Virus record (IMG/VR): IMGVR_UViG_3300020479_000030
Coordinates: 1 to 9,219 of that record
Direction: 5' to 3' (one strand)
Length of the DNA stretch: 9,219 nt
A program made the translations under genes and the position numbers. This document shows positions 5,571-9,219 of this stretch, in pieces. The notes under the pieces were generated by a model. It was not told where the DNA came from. It did no database searches and worked only from the letters and a program-made list of their open reading frames with translations. Numbering within the stretch: the stretch's first letter is position 1; each line of letters starts with the position of its first letter.

Positions 5571-5945
5571 ATGGCTATAGTTAAAAATCTGGGTCAAGCA
5601 GTAAACAAATATCAATTGAAATATGACGGTACGAATGTAACTAATAGGCTTACGGCGTTAGGTAGCCTAGTAGAAGAGAACTACGAAACCGGCGTTAGCG
5701 TTACTTACAATGCTGTAGGTATTGCTAAGAACATATTAGCTAACTTAGGAATTCCGCCAGGTCACTGGGGTTACTACATAGCATTTGCAGAGCAAGTAGC
5801 AAGATATACCGTACACTATGGTGGACAGACACTACAACTTAGAGTTAGTGCATTAATGTCCTACTACGTAACAGCATATCAAGCTGACCCAAGCGTTTTG
5901 ACTCAAATAGCCCAGGCAATTATCGGAACAGCACCACCTTACTAA
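5571..5945 (+). CDS. Major capsid protein 2 (SIRV2/AFV1-fold)
   Basis: C-terminal LMSYYVTAYQADPSVLTQIAQAIIG resembles the recalled SIRV coat protein LKGYYISAFNANPQVLDAVVNIITG; strong GGGGGTGA SD. Confidence 0.9.
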   Translation: MAIVKNLGQAVNKYQLKYDGTNVTNRLTALGSLVEENYETGVSVTYNAVGIAKNILANLGIPPGHWGYYIAFAEQVARYTVHYGGQTLQLRVSALMSYYVTAYQADPSVLTQIAQAIIGTAPPY

Positions 5946-5975
5946 CCTCTAATCTGACCTAACCATAAAAGCTAT

Positions 5976-5989
5976 ATTTTTTTATTTTT
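5976..5989 (+). terminator. T-tract terminator of the MCP operon (may overlap the leaderless promoter of the GT gene)
   Basis: TTTTTTTATTTTT about 30 nt after the MCP2 stop. Confidence 0.5.
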
Positions 5990-6000
5990 ACTATTTCTAT

Positions 6001-7071
6001 ATGCGAAAAGTCGCAGTAGTTACATCTCCGTGGTCGGTTTCTCTTCAGAAAGTATCACGCTCTATAGCCCAGGTTTTCGATGAAAAGAAAGATGAATTAA
6101 ACATAGATGGTACTAAGCTGTTTTTATCACAGCAAGTTTCGCCAACAGAATACCAAGACGTAGATTTAGCTATAGTAGTCATGACTTTTGACCCGCTCTT
6201 CGTAAAAGCTTATGCATTTATTGTTTATTACCTACAACAATATGGGAAAAAAGCGATTTTCTACACTACAACTGAAGGAAAACTGCTACCGACGGATGGA
6301 ATTGATTGGATAAAAAGAGAAATTGTTCCTTATGCAAATTCCGAGTACACAAAAGAAAAGCTAATTAAATATGGCATGAGAGTAGCTGGGGTAGTGTACC
6401 ATGGAATTGATTTTCAAAGATTTCAAAGTTACCCAGACGCAAGACCGCTTATTCGTGAACAACTAGGATTGTCAGAGAATGACTTCGTAGCAGGATATAT
6501 AGCTGGGTGTTATTCTAGGAAAGGTCATGATCGTTATGCTGAAGTCATAAGACAAGTATATAAAAAAGACCCCTCTATCAAATTTGTTGTTCTTACCACT
6601 GATAAGTGCGCTAAGCATTACGATGGCGTGCCTAACACTGTCGTAGTAAGTGATTTCGGCAAGCTTGATGACGAAGAGGTAGAACAAATGTATCAAGCTT
6701 TTGATATTTACGTGCATGCTAGCCTAAGTGAGGGTTTTGGATTGCCAGTTTTAGAAGCGTTAGCGTCAGGATTGCCCGTAGTGCACACTGATTATAAGCC
6801 ATTGAGCGAAATAACCACTAAGGAAACTAGTTTCAGGGCACCTACGCGTTTTATTTCTTACATACAAGAAACCGGCGCAATAAAATACGAATTGCATTAC
6901 TACAAGATTGATGAATTTGTTGATGCAATATTAAAGGCTAAAGAAGCAGTGCTAAGTAAAAAAGAGTACTATAGAGAAAAAGCATTGGAAAGGGCTAAAG
7001 AATTCGATATACATAAGGTTTATAATGCCTTTGTGCAATTATTAAATCGAGGAGAAACTAAACATGAGTGA
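6001..7071 (+). CDS. Glycosyltransferase, GT-B fold, family GT4 (Glycos_transf_1); probably virion protein glycosylation
   Basis: VVYHGID, RKG, and YQAFDIYVHASLSEGFGLPVLEALASGLPVV (E-x7-E motif); GT genes next to MCP genes are typical of Ligamenvirales. Confidence 0.95.
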   Translation: MRKVAVVTSPWSVSLQKVSRSIAQVFDEKKDELNIDGTKLFLSQQVSPTEYQDVDLAIVVMTFDPLFVKAYAFIVYYLQQYGKKAIFYTTTEGKLLPTDGIDWIKREIVPYANSEYTKEKLIKYGMRVAGVVYHGIDFQRFQSYPDARPLIREQLGLSENDFVAGYIAGCYSRKGHDRYAEVIRQVYKKDPSIKFVVLTTDKCAKHYDGVPNTVVVSDFGKLDDEEVEQMYQAFDIYVHASLSEGFGLPVLEALASGLPVVHTDYKPLSEITTKETSFRAPTRFISYIQETGAIKYELHYYKIDEFVDAILKAKEAVLSKKEYYREKALERAKEFDIHKVYNAFVQLLNRGETKHE

Positions 7072-7372
7072 AGAAGAAAAAACTAGAAGTAGAAGTAGAA
7101 GTAGATCAAATGAAAATGCATCACAAATGGTAGCACCAATGCCGGAACCAACACCGGAAATAACTGAAGAGCAAAAGAAGACACTACAGATAATGAATGG
7201 GTTAGTAGCTGACGGGCAAGATTTAACTACAATTCTAGTATTTGTTCAAAAAGATATACCTAAGGAAATATTTGACAAATACCCCATCTTAAATGAGTGG
7301 TTAGATGTATCAATGGATATAGCAAAACTAATTCATGATTTGCATAAACTAGTTAAAACTAGGGTAGGTTAA
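7064..7372 (+). CDS. Hypothetical 102-aa protein with an N-terminal RS dipeptide tract and helical C-terminus
   Basis: GAGGAG SD, 8-nt overlap with the GT gene; RSRSRSRS encoded at 7085-7108. Confidence 0.78.
   Translation: MSEEEKTRSRSRSRSNENASQMVAPMPEPTPEITEEQKKTLQIMNGLVADGQDLTTILVFVQKDIPKEIFDKYPILNEWLDVSMDIAKLIHDLHKLVKTRVG
7085..7108 (+). repeat. Hexanucleotide microsatellite (AGAAGT)3-AGATCA
   Basis: Directly visible; in frame, encodes (RS)4. Confidence 0.8.
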
Positions 7373-7374
7373 AC

Positions 7375-7635
7375 ATGAGAGCCCGTTTAGGGGCTACTAG
7401 TATTCAAATCGGAAAAGCTACGGCGCATATCCTAGAAGCCTCTAAGCATAAAGGTTTAGATAATTCCGTTTTTTATATTGTTTCTGTCTATGTAACTTAT
7501 GATAAATACGTTAGTCCGCGTTTTACGCTTGTTGTAAAAGATGAAAAAGATTTGATCTTTAAGTTAAGAGCAGAAGTCGCAAAAATGAGAATTCTAATTA
7601 TGCAAGGACATACCAAGCTCTTCTCTTCGCCCTAA
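7375..7635 (+). CDS. Hypothetical basic 86-aa protein (beta-sheet plus C-terminal helix)
   Basis: GGGTAGGT SD, 2 nt after the upstream stop, followed by T-tracts at 7643-7656. Confidence 0.75.
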   Translation: MRARLGATSIQIGKATAHILEASKHKGLDNSVFYIVSVYVTYDKYVSPRFTLVVKDEKDLIFKLRAEVAKMRILIMQGHTKLFSSP

Positions 7636-7768
7636 GCAAAACTTTTTCAATTTTTTGATTTGGTGACAAATCTGCCCACAACTTTGGGGTGCAAAATAGG
7701 GGCAAGATTGACCACATGTTACTCACTTTTTTTTAATTCAGCTGATACAAGTATTATTTAGAGGAGTC

Positions 7769-9219
7769 ATGAGTAGTGATAACTCTAAACTTGAGTTATT
7801 CACGATAGACGATATTAACTTTATACTTGATGCCATACACAAGGCTAATGCTGACTCTGACGAATTCATAATAGTACCTGAAGGTTTCAGCCTTGATGAA
7901 ATGGCTAGTGCATTACATGGTATCACTGACCCTATAGGTCAGATAGAGAGTTGGCTACAGAGTACGCTTAACCAAATTGCATCATGGCTAACTTCAGCCG
8001 TTTCAACAATGTTAAGCCCATTTGTTTCCGGTGTACAACAGTTCCTTAATGGAATAGTAAGTACATTAGAGAGTATTCCACAGTTGTTCACGCCAATAGG
8101 AGAAGGATTTGAAGCAATAACGAATTGGCTTAGTAGCTTCTTTACAAATCTACAAAGTGTTCTGAGTAATGCATTTCAGACGCTAGGCGTTACTTTAGAG
8201 AAATTCTTCAAGCCCGTAGGAGAGGCATTTTCAAAATTAGAGGACTTTATTACTAGTTTTGTAAATAAATTTGGTGATCTGATAAAGACCGCTACCGGTG
8301 ATTTGCAAAAAGGTATAGAACAAATTATAAAGCCAATAGGTGACGCGCTATCTAAATTAGGACAAGGAATTGAGAACTTTTTCGGAAATATCAGTAATAC
8401 ATTAAAGGCTATTGTCAGCGATTTGCAAAAAGGCTTAGAGAGTGCTTTAAAGCCTATTGTAGATACATTAACTAAATTAGAAAGTGGAATAGAGAACTTT
8501 TTCACTAAATTTGGAGATACACTAAAGACCATTTTCGGTGATATCGAAAAAGGCTTAGAGCAAGTGCTTAAACCTATATCTGATGCTATAGCCCATTTAG
8601 AACAAGGAATAGTTCAATTTTTCGGCGAAATTGGTAATACATTAAAGCAAATTTTAGGCGGAATTCTACAAAAAGTATCTAGTCTATTTGAAGATTTTGT
8701 AAATGTATTTAAAACCTTTGGTAAGGATATATCTGACTTCTTTACTACCTTTGAAAAGAAAATAGCAGGGATATTTAGTAGTATAGCCGATGACATAAAG
8801 AAGTTTTTCGAACCACTAACAAATGCGTTTAAAACAATCTTTAAGGATGTTGATACATTCTTCGGAAACCTTGGTAAGGTATTCAAAGAAGTTTTGAGCG
8901 ATATAACTAAAGGGATAACTGACTTCTTTAAGCCCGTAGTTGACTTCTTTACGGGGTTATTTGATAAGATTACTCAATTCTTTAAGCCCGTGATAGCGTT
9001 TTTCGAAGGGGCATATGATAAGCTTAAAGAGGTATTTTCGCCACTTATACATTTTTTTGACGTATTAGGGAAAGATATAATTGACTTCTTTAAGAACCCC
9101 GCTGGAACAATAAAATCATGGTTTAGCGATATAGGAAAAGATATAGAAAACTTCTTTAAGCCGGTAATTGATGTCTTCAAATTTGTATATAACGGAATTG
9201 AAGATGTAATAAAGAGCCC
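7769..9219 (+). CDS. Large amphipathic-helix repeat protein (>=483 aa, 3' end outside window); tape-measure/apolipoprotein-like
   Basis: Not in ORF track. ATG 7769 with a GAGGAG SD, open to the window end: MSSDNSKLELFTIDDINF...KPIGDALSKLGQGIENFFGNISNTLKAIVSDLQKGLESAL...KPVIDVFKFVYNGIEDVIKS. W/F residues recur at 11- and 18-residue spacing. Confidence 0.88.
   Translation, partial: MSSDNSKLELFTIDDINFILDAIHKANADSDEFIIVPEGFSLDEMASALHGITDPIGQIESWLQSTLNQIASWLTSAVSTMLSPFVSGVQQFLNGIVSTLESIPQLFTPIGEGFEAITNWLSSFFTNLQSVLSNAFQTLGVTLEKFFKPVGEAFSKLEDFITSFVNKFGDLIKTATGDLQKGIEQIIKPIGDALSKLGQGIENFFGNISNTLKAIVSDLQKGLESALKPIVDTLTKLESGIENFFTKFGDTLKTIFGDIEKGLEQVLKPISDAIAHLEQGIVQFFGEIGNTLKQILGGILQKVSSLFEDFVNVFKTFGKDISDFFTTFEKKIAGIFSSIADDIKKFFEPLTNAFKTIFKDVDTFFGNLGKVFKEVLSDITKGITDFFKPVVDFFTGLFDKITQFFKPVIAFFEGAYDKLKEVFSPLIHFFDVLGKDIIDFFKNPAGTIKSWFSDIGKDIENFFKPVIDVFKFVYNGIEDVIKS
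8090..9219 (+). repeat. In-frame coding repeats: seven 120-nt (40-aa) units, then 54/54/54/66/54-nt (18/22-aa) units
   Basis: Unit starts at 8090 (TP), 8210, 8330, 8450, 8570 (KP), 8690 (ED), 8810 (EP), then 8930, 8984, 9038, 9092, 9158, 9212; recurrent TTCTTTAAGCC and GATTTGCAAAAAGG DNA motifs. Confidence 0.88.

Larger units (their letters stand above)
1..9219. mobile_element. Segment of an archaeal filamentous virus genome (Ligamenvirales/Tokiviricetes, AFV1-like), morphogenesis and core region
   Basis: Tandem SIRV2-fold MCP paralogs followed by a GT4 glycosyltransferase, Hjc, several RHH proteins, many small orphan ORFs, archaeal TATA/BRE promoters, GGTG/GAGG SD motifs, T-tract terminators and no cellular housekeeping genes. 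The order MCP-MCP-GT-large ORF resembles AFV1 as I recall it. Confidence 0.9.

Noticed and set aside
6472-6717. 81-aa minus-strand ORF
   Set aside because: Fully antisense within the glycosyltransferase gene.
7738-9180. Four minus-strand ORFs (7738-7926, 8176-8532, 8614-8886, 8974-9180)
   Set aside because: Shadows of the uninterrupted plus-strand repeat protein starting at 7769.
7769-9219. Tailed (Caudoviricetes) virus assignment based on the tape-measure-like protein
   Set aside because: No HK97 capsid, terminase, portal or tail-tube genes in the window, and the capsid genes are SIRV2-fold.

Overview
AT-rich window from a filamentous or rod-shaped dsDNA virus of thermoacidophilic archaea (order Ligamenvirales, class Tokiviricetes; probably AFV1/captovirus-like, host most likely Sulfolobales). 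The diagnostic core is two tandem paralogous SIRV2/AFV1-fold major capsid proteins (5201-5945) followed by a GT4 glycosyltransferase, plus an archaeal Hjc Holliday-junction resolvase and three ribbon-helix-helix (RHH)-like regulators. I translated by hand three CDSs missing from the ORF track: a >=404-aa beta-rich, Cys-cluster protein running off the left edge (1214->1, minus), a 48-aa RHH protein (4674->4528, minus), and a >=483-aa tape-measure/apolipoprotein-like amphipathic repeat protein running off the right edge (7769->9219, plus). The most notable non-coding signal is a degenerate 12-bp-period array (4080-4187). Its period matches the DNA footprint of one capsid dimer, it also resembles Sulfolobales CRISPR repeat cores, and it lies between a hidden pair of paralogous genes. 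Other signals are two identical 19-bp promoter cores driving small unknown genes and a relatively GC-rich stem-loop upstream of the repeat protein. All family assignments come from motif recognition and memory; no searches were run.
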